From a virus (Duplodnaviria; Caudoviricetes): DNA of 64,000 bases. The notes under the pieces are model-generated. The model made no database searches. It had not been told where the DNA came from and saw only the letters and a list, made by a program, of their open reading frames with translations. Location of the stretch: IMG/VR virus record IMGVR_UViG_3300025372_000001; one strand, written 5' to 3'. Of the stretch, positions 55,617 to 64,000 are shown piece by piece; position 1 is the first letter of the stretch, and each line of letters opens with the position of its first letter. A program made the position numbers and the translations under genes.

Positions 55617-56381
55617 TTAATTCTCGTAAACAACCTCATCATGATCAGAATCAGAAAACACTTTGGGTCGGCGCACATTGGTATAATTTTCTGTGGATAA
55701 TGTTGCTTCCCATACTTCTTCTTGATAGGCATCAATGGTTTGTTTTGCTAAGTTTTCTTTCTTAATTCTATTAATGAATGAATTGGCACTAATTCCTGTG
55801 AAGTAATTAAATGCATCACTCTTATAGGTAATATACTCTCCATCTGCTCTCATTTCAAATACTGCTCCTTCTTGAATCTTCTTTTTACGAATCTTCTGCC
55901 GTCTATCGAAATGATAAAAATATTGAATCCCATTACTTTCATCTTTCTTAATAATCTTATCAGTAGAATATCCCTTAAACGAACAATCTCTTACTGCTTT
56001 AACCATTTTAAGAATAGCATCGCCAATCATCTCTGCTTTCCATGAATATCTTACAAAGTTAGGAAGATATGCCATTCTATCTGCAATATCATTAATCATT
56101 GTGGCAAGTTTATAAGGAAAAGCAGGATAATCTTTTGTTTTATCAACTATTTTTTGAATCTTCCAATCATAATTATCTCCTAATGCCAAATAATAGTTGC
56201 GAATTTCTTCCCACATCTCTTCTGGTTTAACATAAATGTCGGTTTCTTTCTTCTTTTCTCTTTTCTTCTTTACAATAGGAATATCATCGTCTTCAAGATA
56301 AGCAGCAACAACAGTTGCCTCAATATCTTCAATATTATCTAGTTCAATTTCATCTTCTAAGTCGAGGTTAATTTTTGCCAT
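55617..56381 (-). CDS. gp55: Late-transcription sigma factor gp55
   Basis: IYV…EMWEEI, IADRMAYLPNFVRYSWKAEMIGDAIL, AFNYFT..S.NSFINRIKKE. Confidence 0.9.
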   Translation of the reverse strand: MAKINLDLEDEIELDNIEDIEATVVAAYLEDDDIPIVKKKREKKKETDIYVKPEEMWEEIRNYYLALGDNYDWKIQKIVDKTKDYPAFPYKLATMINDIADRMAYLPNFVRYSWKAEMIGDAILKMVKAVRDCSFKGYSTDKIIKKDESNGIQYFYHFDRRQKIRKKKIQEGAVFEMRADGEYITYKSDAFNYFTGISANSFINRIKKENLAKQTIDAYQEEVWEATLSTENYTNVRRPKVFSDSDHDEVVYEN

Positions 56382-56386
56382 GGTTT

Positions 56387-57826
56387 TTAAATTGTTATCT
56401 TTGTTATTTTAAAAGGAAGCTTTTCCTTACTATAAATTTGTAATCTCTGTTTAAGATGATCTAGCGAATATTCAGTATTATCTGCAATATCATAGATAAT
56501 TGCTTTGGATTTATTCTCATGCAATCTCATTGATCTTCCAATAGATTGAGCAATCTGAACACCACTTTTTCCTATACATACAAAGATTACATAAGGAAGA
56601 TTCTTGATGGATATACCAGTGGAAAATATCTTGGACATACCTACAACAACTACATCATCAGTAGTTTCCATTAATTCAGTAATGGAGGTACGATCTTCTG
56701 TATCCATTGATCCTTGAATGAAATAAACTTTCTTCTTAGTATTTTCAGAAATGAGTTTAAGTAATCTTTCCCCATGATCAATTACATCAACAAGAATAAG
56801 AATATTACCTTGTAATTTATTTGCTAGTTTAAGAATAACGTCATTTCTTCCTGAATGAGAATAGATGAATTGTTGTTCTTTGATATATCTAGCAGTGGGA
56901 AGAAATAATTCGTCCTTGGTAGGTTTATCAGGAGAAGAAAGATGTTTACAGAGGACGACTTTAATTTCTACTTCGGATGCAACGCCTTTTTTACGAGCTT
57001 CATAAGAAGAAAACTCATAAACAATGGGTCCAATTTTACCAATAACATTCCAGATTGCTAGATAACCATTGGGTAATGTTCCGGTAAGACCAAAACGATG
57101 AGAAGTATTCATATTATGAACTACTTTGTTGATTTTATTTTTCTTTTCTCCTAAAGTGTGAACTTCATCGACAATAACCATATCAAAGTCTTTAACTTTA
57201 GAAACGGTGTAAGGAATGTCCGAGATTAGAATTTGACTGTTAGCAACAATGACAGGGGAATTCCAATCAGGTTCAAAACCATCTCCCCAACGAGAAATAA
57301 TAGGCATGTTAAACTCATTATGAAAAGAGTTAAAAAGTTGATTGACAAGACCTACATTTGGAACGATAATAAGACAACGAAAGGTTGGATTATATTTGAG
57401 AATAGTTTTAATTAGTCCTGCTGCCAGGAGGCTCTTTCCCGAAGATACACTAAGCAAACCAATACCTCTGCCGTTCTTTAAAAATTCTTTAATGGTGTCT
57501 TTCTGATGATCATAATAAGTAAATCCTTCAATATTTTCTAATTCATAATTGGAAAAAGCAGGCGAGAATACTTTTTTAAATTCATCGGAAACGTTTACCT
57601 GTACTGGAATTTGTAGAGATGAAATAAAATTATCCATTTCTTCCCAAAGACCGATAGGAAAAACTCCAGAAGGAGTTATAATATATTTCCTTGGCGAAAA
57701 CCTTCTTGCCATATAAGAAGGATTAACAACAGAGAATTTTTCTCGAATTAATTTAAAAATATGAGGAGAACATTTTAAAACTCCGCTATTGTTTTTAAAG
57801 GAAATATCAATAACTTCTTTTACCAT
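56387..57826 (-). CDS. uvsW: SF2 DNA helicase UvsW
   Basis: YYDHQ, SSGKS, IIVPN..LV.Q, VDEVH, GLTGT, QSIGRSMR, IYDIAD. Confidence 0.93.
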   Translation of the reverse strand: MVKEVIDISFKNNSGVLKCSPHIFKLIREKFSVVNPSYMARRFSPRKYIITPSGVFPIGLWEEMDNFISSLQIPVQVNVSDEFKKVFSPAFSNYELENIEGFTYYDHQKDTIKEFLKNGRGIGLLSVSSGKSLLAAGLIKTILKYNPTFRCLIIVPNVGLVNQLFNSFHNEFNMPIISRWGDGFEPDWNSPVIVANSQILISDIPYTVSKVKDFDMVIVDEVHTLGEKKNKINKVVHNMNTSHRFGLTGTLPNGYLAIWNVIGKIGPIVYEFSSYEARKKGVASEVEIKVVLCKHLSSPDKPTKDELFLPTARYIKEQQFIYSHSGRNDVILKLANKLQGNILILVDVIDHGERLLKLISENTKKKVYFIQGSMDTEDRTSITELMETTDDVVVVGMSKIFSTGISIKNLPYVIFVCIGKSGVQIAQSIGRSMRLHENKSKAIIYDIADNTEYSLDHLKQRLQIYSKEKLPFKITKITI

Positions 57827-57827
57827 T

Positions 57828-58220
57828 TTATAAAGATTCCATCTTCATCATCTCGACTAAATTTCTAAAGTCAAAACCTATCTGGTTAAGTTGTTTAACC
57901 GCATCATCCAAGTATTCTACAAGAATTTCTTGATCTTGAATTTGTCGATTGATTTGACGAATATCTACGTCTCCTTCTGCTTTTTTCTTTAAGGCAGGAA
58001 CACTAACAGGTAATACATTTCCTTGAATTTTTTGCTGTAATAGAGCCTCTTTAGCATCATATAAGCGTAACATGTGCTGCTTAGCTTGTGTGCGTCTGTA
58101 TAGCCATTTGTGACGCATATTAGGGGCACTGTATTGTTTTTCTAAGAGATTAGTTGCATCTACTTGAGTATCAATCTCAAGTTCCTTAGCATACTTCTCG
58201 GTCAATTCATTTGTTTCCAT
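57828..58220 (-). CDS. uvsY: Recombination mediator UvsY
   Basis: About 130 aa; RHKW, coiled coil, QLNQIGFDFRNLVEMMK; adjacent to uvsW. Confidence 0.8.
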   Translation of the reverse strand: METNELTEKYAKELEIDTQVDATNLLEKQYSAPNMRHKWLYRRTQAKQHMLRLYDAKEALLQQKIQGNVLPVSVPALKKKAEGDVDIRQINRQIQDQEILVEYLDDAVKQLNQIGFDFRNLVEMMKMESL

Positions 58221-58273
58221 TTCAAATACTATAAGGGATAGAATATCACATTTCTAGTAAATATTTGATAATC

Positions 58274-58453
58274 ATGAAAAAATTTAACGATTTCGTAAAG
58301 AAAATTCTGTCAGAGTGTGATGGCGGAATGGGAGTTGCATCAGTATTAGGTAACGATGGGCCTTATGACACATCTGATCCGAGAAATCCTACTGTTCTTG
58401 GTCCAATACAACGTCGGATTAAGTTCAAGAAGAAAAAGAAATCACGTAAATAA
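58274..58453 (+). CDS. Small basic late protein, possible head-internal protein
   Basis: MKKFNDFVKKILSE leader; poly-Lys tail; TAAATA 58258-58263. Confidence 0.6.
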   Translation: MKKFNDFVKKILSECDGGMGVASVLGNDGPYDTSDPRNPTVLGPIQRRIKFKKKKKSRK

Positions 58454-58457
58454 TTAT

Positions 58458-58781
58458 ATGACTTCTAAATTTGATTCCTTTTATAAACTATGTAAAGAAC
58501 ATTATGATAGAAGTAATTTATCAAATATGTTTCTCCAGGAATTACAAAAATATCCAAGATCGGAAATCAAGGCAGTTAATGAATGGATTGAAAAGGAATT
58601 AAAATATTTGGCAAATCAGGCAGAGACAGGTCATATTGATGTTTCTATGTGGAAAGTTCCGCATCCGCCCATTTATCGTCGTGATTATAAGAAACATCGG
58701 GAAATATATGATAATGCTGCACATTATATCCAGAGCACAGTTTTAGATTTTCTTGCAAGAAGTCCAAGAAAACGTTATTAA
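58458..58781 (+). CDS. Hypothetical late protein (start revised to 58458)
   Basis: TAAATA 58447-58452; MTSKFDSFYKLCKE. Confidence 0.6.
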   Translation: MTSKFDSFYKLCKEHYDRSNLSNMFLQELQKYPRSEIKAVNEWIEKELKYLANQAETGHIDVSMWKVPHPPIYRRDYKKHREIYDNAAHYIQSTVLDFLARSPRKRY

Positions 58782-58799
58782 CTTGCTTAAATATTTCTC

Positions 58800-59234
58800 A
58801 TGTCATGGGAAAATTTACCGCCAGAAGAAGAATTAGAGAATTGGTACGGGTTCGTGTACCGCATCACGAGGTTAAATGCCTTAGAAGGGGAACCCCGATT
58901 TTATCTAGGTTGCAAGAAACTTAAATCAAAAAGAAAACTTCCCCCTCTTAAAGGATCAAAACGTAAAAGAACAGTGATTAAGAAATCCGATTATGAAACT
59001 TATTATGGTTCTTCTAATGAACTTCTAAAAGATATTGAAAAGTATGGAAAAGAAAACTTTAAACGAGAGGTTTTAAAAATGTGTACTTGTCAATGGCAGT
59101 TGAAATATGAAGAGCTTTGGTTCCAAATTCAAGAAAATGCTATTCTTAAAGATACGTACTACAATGGAATATTAAATGCTCGCATCGGAAAGGTTCCCGT
59201 AAAATTAGTGGAAGAATATAAACATCTTTTGTGA
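58800..59234 (+). CDS. Short GIY-YIG endonuclease of the type conserved in T4-like phages
   Basis: GFVYRIT…FYLGCKK…YYGSS…YGKENFKREVL…E…YYNG. Confidence 0.85.
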   Translation: MSWENLPPEEELENWYGFVYRITRLNALEGEPRFYLGCKKLKSKRKLPPLKGSKRKRTVIKKSDYETYYGSSNELLKDIEKYGKENFKREVLKMCTCQWQLKYEELWFQIQENAILKDTYYNGILNARIGKVPVKLVEEYKHLL

Positions 59235-59246
59235 TATATTATCACC

Positions 59247-59729
59247 ATGCAATACCAATTCATGCTTCTTGAAGAATTCTTCAAATCATGGCAAATAGAA
59301 TATATCAATCTTCTTAATTCTTGCCAATTATTAGGCAAGTTCACTCCTGATTGTAAGAAAATCCTCATTTATCTCTATCTAACCAATATCAATAAACTCT
59401 TAGATAAGAAGGGTTTATTATTTTATCATACTGATGTTCTTTCTCCTAATTTAGAGATTTTTCAATATATTGATTATGAAAAGTTTAACACTTTCTTTAA
59501 TAAAATTTCTAAAAAAGTGAGAAGTTTAACTGGAAAGGTTTTCATTGTGAAAAATAATAAACTTTCCTATGTTCCATCTATGGATAATTACGATAAATTA
59601 GATGGATGTATTCAAGACGAAATCCTTTTACTTAATAATATTAAATCCGATATGAAAGAGTTTAAGAAATTTCTGTCAGAAGTTAATCTGAAACATATTT
59701 TCAATGATATGACAAGAAAGTGTTGCTAA
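59247..59729 (+). CDS. Hypothetical protein
   Basis: 160-aa ORF; TGnTATATT 6 nt upstream. Confidence 0.55.
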   Translation: MQYQFMLLEEFFKSWQIEYINLLNSCQLLGKFTPDCKKILIYLYLTNINKLLDKKGLLFYHTDVLSPNLEIFQYIDYEKFNTFFNKISKKVRSLTGKVFIVKNNKLSYVPSMDNYDKLDGCIQDEILLLNNIKSDMKEFKKFLSEVNLKHIFNDMTRKCC

Positions 59730-60253
59730 CCCATAAAATGTGAATCTTTAAAATCCTTATCACCTTCTGGTGTACTATCAGAATTATCTAAGTATTTTAC
59801 GGATAACACATTCCATTTCTTTTTGGCGAAAAATGCCATTAAATGTTGTTTAGTTATATTGCTTTTTGGTTGAGCTTCTTGCCAAATATAGACAGTTCTA
59901 TTGGAGAAATTATATCTCCATTGTATTTCAGTTGGATCATTTAGTAAACCTGCAAATGATCTGGGAACAACAGACCTATCTCCAAGTATATTAACTCTTC
60001 TATCAACTAATGCAGAATGTCCTATTTTTGGATCATATACATAAGCATAAGCAGTTCCTTCATTATTAGTAAATCCAATCAATCCGAGTGCTTCTGCTTC
60101 TAATAACATATCAACGTAAGAATCGAAACTTTCATGAACATTTGCATGTAATGCTTGAATATATTTCTTTGCTTTCTCGACGGAAGAAGAGCAACCTACT
60201 TTCTTTCCACTCTTCTTTAAATAAACGCAATTCCCTTTTCTTATATATGGCAT
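59726..60253 (-). CDS. Hypothetical late protein (start revised to 60253)
   Basis: TAAATA 60259-60264; MPYIRKGNCVY…KKVGCS. Confidence 0.6.
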   Translation of the reverse strand: MPYIRKGNCVYLKKSGKKVGCSSSVEKAKKYIQALHANVHESFDSYVDMLLEAEALGLIGFTNNEGTAYAYVYDPKIGHSALVDRRVNILGDRSVVPRSFAGLLNDPTEIQWRYNFSNRTVYIWQEAQPKSNITKQHLMAFFAKKKWNVLSVKYLDNSDSTPEGDKDFKDSHFMG

Positions 60254-60264
60254 TAAATTATTTA

Positions 60265-60855
60265 TCAATGACCAGACAAATAAATTTCATCATATTTAGG
60301 AATACGTTTTTGTACATTTTCAACAGTCAATAACTCGGCAGGAACAAGTTCCAATAACCTTGAATCATGGTAATCTACATGATCGTCATAATTCCTTTGT
60401 TCATACATTATGTTATAAGAGTAAATGTATGAATTAGCTTCTTTGATATATTTGGCAAGTTTTACGGGTAACTTATATTTCTGAATCTCTTGTAAAACTC
60501 TTTGTTCACAATCAATTTCCAATAATTGAATATTCAATAAATCCTTTAAAGAATAATCATTGGATTCAAAATTGATATATCTAGTGAATAAAGTATCACT
60601 GGCTACTCCATTCTTCCATATTTCTGTCTGTTCTTTCCATTGTTTGAAATGACAATATTCATGAATGAAATAATGAAAGAAATTCACAAAATCATCATTA
60701 AATGACCTTAAAATAAACTTAGGAAAATTACTAATAGAAGGATCAAAACAACTATAAGAATGTCTGCTTATATTGGTTCTCTTAATCAAAGAAATAGAAA
60801 CACCACTTAGAAACATTTCCTTGATAGCTTTACCAATATATGCTTCCTTTGTCAT
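60265..60855 (-). CDS. Putative zinc metallopeptidase-like protein
   Basis: FIHEYCHFKQW (HExxH) with a downstream EIDCE. Confidence 0.6.
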   Translation of the reverse strand: MTKEAYIGKAIKEMFLSGVSISLIKRTNISRHSYSCFDPSISNFPKFILRSFNDDFVNFFHYFIHEYCHFKQWKEQTEIWKNGVASDTLFTRYINFESNDYSLKDLLNIQLLEIDCEQRVLQEIQKYKLPVKLAKYIKEANSYIYSYNIMYEQRNYDDHVDYHDSRLLELVPAELLTVENVQKRIPKYDEIYLSGH

Positions 60856-60861
60856 AGATTA

Positions 60862-61659
60862 TTACTTCTTTTTCTTACCAATCACTTGATCATGAATTAG
60901 TTTACGACATAAGTTAGCATAACCGGGATTCATATCAATGATATTTGCTCCTTCAAAGAACAATACGAAAGGAGAATGAGTTGCAATAATAACTTGAAAA
61001 TGTTCAGATAAAGTTAACAACGTCTTAAATAATTCAAATTGTTTAGGAAGAGCAAGAGCTTTTTCCGGTTCATCAAATAGTAAGGTAATCTTTCCATTGC
61101 GAGGAAGACTTTGAATGTATTGAACTTCTGCAAGAGCGGCTTGTTTATCAGCAATATCTTGAGGAATAGCAGCAAGATTAGGTGGATTTTGAATCACTTG
61201 CATAATCTTGTTGATTTTATGAATACGATATTGTCCGCTAGATGGTTTTGCTGCCATTACATCTAGTTGTTCTGCTCCTGTGGTAATACCATCTTCTGAT
61301 AGTACAGAATTATCAAAGAACCATGTAAAATTGTTCTTGTTGAGCATTTCCGAATCATTATAGAATGTTGGTGTTCCATCCCATACTACTTGGGCATCAA
61401 TGTTAGCAGGAGTATATGCCTTATATACATAAGGAAAATGATTGACATATCTTGATGCTAATTTCATTGGATCAGAAATAGCGGACCATCCCCCTTTTTG
61501 AATACCGCAGTATGCAGCCATAGTTTTTAATGTAGTACTTTTGTTACATCCGTTCTCACCAAAAAGTACGTTCAATGCAGACCCAAACGTAAAAGTTTTA
61601 TCTTTAATATGAGGAAAATTGGTCGGAAAGCCGTTTAGAAATTTAATACTTTTAATCAT
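60862..61659 (-). CDS. ABC/SMC-type ATPase
   Basis: LFGENGCNKSTTL, signature SSGQ, LLFDEPE, IIATHS. Confidence 0.82.
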   Translation of the reverse strand: MIKSIKFLNGFPTNFPHIKDKTFTFGSALNVLFGENGCNKSTTLKTMAAYCGIQKGGWSAISDPMKLASRYVNHFPYVYKAYTPANIDAQVVWDGTPTFYNDSEMLNKNNFTWFFDNSVLSEDGITTGAEQLDVMAAKPSSGQYRIHKINKIMQVIQNPPNLAAIPQDIADKQAALAEVQYIQSLPRNGKITLLFDEPEKALALPKQFELFKTLLTLSEHFQVIIATHSPFVLFFEGANIIDMNPGYANLCRKLIHDQVIGKKKK

Positions 61660-61663
61660 TTAT

Positions 61664-62320
61664 TTAAAAACCAAATTGTTTCTTAATTGAATCAAGGTCT
61701 TCTGTACCTTCAAAGATCATTGACATTTTATCTGCAATCATACCAGATACATCTTCAATAGAAGGAGGATTAGGATTAACTAAATTACTCACTAAATTAA
61801 CATATTGATAATAAGAGATAATAGTTTCAATTCCTAATAGAAGGAATCTACTTTTCTCTTTAATAAAGGTGAAATGACTTTTAATTTGATTACTTTGATC
61901 TACGAATTGTTGAACAGAACTAGGATCATTAGGATTGTAACTTAAAGCAACAGTATAATTCTTTGTTTCATTTTCTTGAGTTTGTTGATTGAAACTTTGA
62001 AAAGAAATATCGAAGTATTTGATATTATCTAATGTTAGATTAGATGAAGCAGTATCACCAACAATGAAGTTTTCCGTAGAAGTGGTTATTTCTGGGATGT
62101 CGGTATTAGCTAGATCGAAGTCTAATTGTTCATAGGCTTCTCTGGTGATGCGGACTTCGGTATCAATATAATCTTTAACCGAGAGGGATAATTCGGTGCA
62201 TCCTCCTGTTGGAGAGTTTAGAATAATTTGATGATTTTGAAGTTCATCATCATCAGGAACGGTTTCAAATCCAAGGGATTTCTTTAAGTCGGTTCGTAGT
62301 TTTTGTTCGTTGAATTGCAT
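61664..62320 (-). CDS. Hypothetical protein
   Basis: 218-aa ORF. Confidence 0.6.
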   Translation of the reverse strand: MQFNEQKLRTDLKKSLGFETVPDDDELQNHQIILNSPTGGCTELSLSVKDYIDTEVRITREAYEQLDFDLANTDIPEITTSTENFIVGDTASSNLTLDNIKYFDISFQSFNQQTQENETKNYTVALSYNPNDPSSVQQFVDQSNQIKSHFTFIKEKSRFLLLGIETIISYYQYVNLVSNLVNPNPPSIEDVSGMIADKMSMIFEGTEDLDSIKKQFGF

Positions 62321-62327
62321 ATATATT

Positions 62328-63167
62328 TTATTGAAAAGGTTTTGCTGGTAACATAAGAGTATTAGCTAAATGTTCATAGCCTTCATTCTTATCGATATTA
62401 GGTACTTCAGTTGTAACATTCTGTTCTTCTGATAGAAGTTTTGACGGTTGTTCAAAATGTGCAAGCAACACTGCCACCTCCTCGGCTATTTTCTTTTCTT
62501 TGGCTATTTTTTCGTCACGTTCTTTTGACCATTGATCGAAATAACTTTCTTTTTTAGCTAAAGGAGTATTGTTTTTAATATACTCTTTGCACATATTTTC
62601 ATATATACTAGCTAGTTGAAAGGGTTTTTCTGGTAAAGACTTAATTGATTTAAATTTCTCTTCAATTTCTTCATTAGTAGGAGTATGAGAATAATTGACT
62701 AGTCGAGTAGGCGTTAAATGTTCTTTAATTTGATCTACATCAGAATCTTTCGCAAAAATTCCTTCATAAAAATTCTTACGATTTTCTTCTTTAGAAAAAT
62801 CTGTTGATGCAGCACTACACTGGAAAACGTTCAAATCGTTTTTAAAGCTATTACATAATTTAAAAAACTCTTCGGTATTCCATGGATCAATATCGACTAA
62901 CTCACAAGAATTCTCTTTCTCAGGAACTACTTCATCTTTATATCCCTTATACTCTTCGCCGGTATATCCCCAAGTATCAACATCTTCTTCCTTCTCTGGA
63001 TGAGAACATTTCTTTTCCTCAAATTTACCATGCTGAATATAATCAAAAAGTAAATCCGTATCATCAATCAATTCTGTGACAGAATGATGCTCAATTGAGC
63101 TATATTTTAGGGTCTTAAGTAATTCTAATCGAATATTACTTGCCTCATTTAAACTATTATATTTCAT
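62328..63167 (-). CDS. Acidic hypothetical protein
   Basis: 279-aa ORF. Confidence 0.6.
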   Translation of the reverse strand: MKYNSLNEASNIRLELLKTLKYSSIEHHSVTELIDDTDLLFDYIQHGKFEEKKCSHPEKEEDVDTWGYTGEEYKGYKDEVVPEKENSCELVDIDPWNTEEFFKLCNSFKNDLNVFQCSAASTDFSKEENRKNFYEGIFAKDSDVDQIKEHLTPTRLVNYSHTPTNEEIEEKFKSIKSLPEKPFQLASIYENMCKEYIKNNTPLAKKESYFDQWSKERDEKIAKEKKIAEEVAVLLAHFEQPSKLLSEEQNVTTEVPNIDKNEGYEHLANTLMLPAKPFQ

Positions 63168-63343
63168 ACTTTTTCTGGTAACTCTATTTCCTTAATATTA
63201 ATCGAAGCCTTATTGATATATTCTAAATTATACAAATACTTCTCCAATTCTTCTTTATCTTCATTTAAACGGGTAATGTTCCACGTCTTCGTATCATCAT
63301 ATTGGTAAAATCCAATGTAATATGTTTTAAAATTCTTTGACAT
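63164..63343 (-). CDS. Small hypothetical protein (59 aa, missed by the ORF track)
   Basis: MSKNFKTYYIGFYQYDD…; ATGA overlap; TTGAAT-17-TAATAT promoter 6 nt upstream. Confidence 0.6.
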   Translation of the reverse strand: MSKNFKTYYIGFYQYDDTKTWNITRLNEDKEELEKYLYNLEYINKASINIKEIELPEKV

Positions 63344-63349
63344 TCCTAT

Positions 63350-63378
63350 ATATTAACATTAATACAGTTGAGATTCAA
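63350..63378 (-). promoter_or_regulatory. Sigma70-like promoter
   Basis: TTGAAT-17-TAATAT with an extended TG, 6 nt before ATG 63343. Confidence 0.55.
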
Positions 63379-63601
63379 GGATTTCCGTATTATCAACTGA
63401 AATTTCTTGAATTGCTTCAGGAGAATAATTCTTTAAATGTTCCGTGTAAGGAATAAACAAATAACCGTGACATTCAGGACATAATTGTTCATCTTCAAAA
63501 CAAATTAAATCGCATCCTTGACATTTTTTATTGGATTTGAAAAGAACATAACGAATAAATTCGCTTAAAGATTCATTGGGAAGAGTGGTTGAGATATTCA
63601 T
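63359..63601 (-). CDS. Small Zn-ribbon protein
   Basis: CQGC…CPECHG. Confidence 0.55.
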   Translation of the reverse strand: MNISTTLPNESLSEFIRYVLFKSNKKCQGCDLICFEDEQLCPECHGYLFIPYTEHLKNYSPEAIQEISVDNTEILESQLY

Positions 63602-64000
63602 AAAATATAAAGAAGTTTCTTGGGTCGAGTTACAGCAGTATAAAGGATTCTTTTACGTTCATCAGGTCTATTATTCCTCATAATATCATTATAAACAATA
63701 AAAGAATTTTCATATGTACTGCCTTGCCCGCAATGGGCAGTTATTGCGTAGTTAAAATTCACCGCAGAAAACTGCTCAATGAATCTGTAATACACTTTCC
63801 ATTTATTGATTTTTTTCTTTATATCAACCTCTTTTATTGCATTATTCGATAATCCTTGTAAAGTAATATTATATAATCTCTCTGACTTCTCATGTAAAAT
63901 ATGAATCCAGAATTCTTGATCTTCGTCTCCTCTTACTAAACAATTATAATATTGAAAAGTTCCTTCTGGTAATACTTTAGTCTGCTCATTAATCTCCAAT
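63598..64000 (-). CDS. dda: C-terminal part of an SF1 helicase (Dda/RecD-like), truncated by the window edge
   Basis: YAITAHCGQGSTYE…YTAVTRPKK (UvrD_C_2 motifs). Confidence 0.85.
   Translation of the reverse strand, partial: LEINEQTKVLPEGTFQYYNCLVRGDEDQEFWIHILHEKSERLYNITLQGLSNNAIKEVDIKKKINKWKVYYRFIEQFSAVNFNYAITAHCGQGSTYENSFIVYNDIMRNNRPDERKRILYTAVTRPKKLLYIL

Noticed and set aside
28996-57826. Additional inteins in gp43, gp46, gp47 or uvsW
   Set aside because: The proteins are of normal length and contain no Hint motifs
2112-63079. Many 60-133 aa antisense or overlapping ORFs in the track (e.g. 3826-4071, 8215-8493, 15577-15867, 35507-35908, 46734-47084, 53633-53896)
   Set aside because: They lie wholly inside well-supported genes on the other strand or frame and show no motifs or promoters; they are shadow ORFs
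1-64000. Stop-codon reassignment (TAG or TGA)
   Set aside because: TAG and TGA end genes at expected lengths (e.g. 9369, 14844, 19397, ATGA overlaps) and core genes are full length in the standard code
1-64000. tRNA, rRNA or structured ncRNA genes
   Set aside because: Intergenic gaps are almost all under 70 bp and no T-loop or cloverleaf signature was seen; tRNAscan or Infernal would confirm

Overview
AT-rich (roughly 30% GC by eye, not computed) 64-kb segment of a large T4-like myovirus genome, standard genetic code. It carries a late baseplate/tail module (gp54-, gp26-, gp29-, gp48-, gp53-, gp27- and gp5-like genes plus a GH108 lysozyme, about 6.8-19.9 kb, + strand). It also carries the T4-like replication/recombination core on the - strand: gp61, gp62, gp45, gp32, probable gp59, gp41, uvsX, gp43, gp46, gp47, gp55, uvsW, uvsY, and a partial dda. 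The standout is a fractured gene next to the DNA polymerase: a GT-B glycosyltransferase split into two ORFs by a naturally split intein (N-extein 187 aa + IntN 105 aa at 33944-34822; IntC 33 aa + C-extein 257 aa at 31942-32814). A GIY-YIG homing endonuclease and a decayed duplicate of its C-terminal domain sit between the halves. The start codon of the N-half is locked in a perfect 17-bp hairpin that contains a late promoter, which suggests T4-style late-only translation. A 16-kb island between gp46 and gp47 encodes about ten glycosyltransferases, three nucleotide-sugar enzymes, a methyltransferase and a GMP reductase. About 20 genes have TAAATA 5-10 nt upstream of the start codon, and several have sigma70-like promoters abutting the ATG, implying leaderless mRNAs. 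No tRNA, rRNA or CRISPR array was seen. All family assignments come from motif recognition by eye, not database searches.
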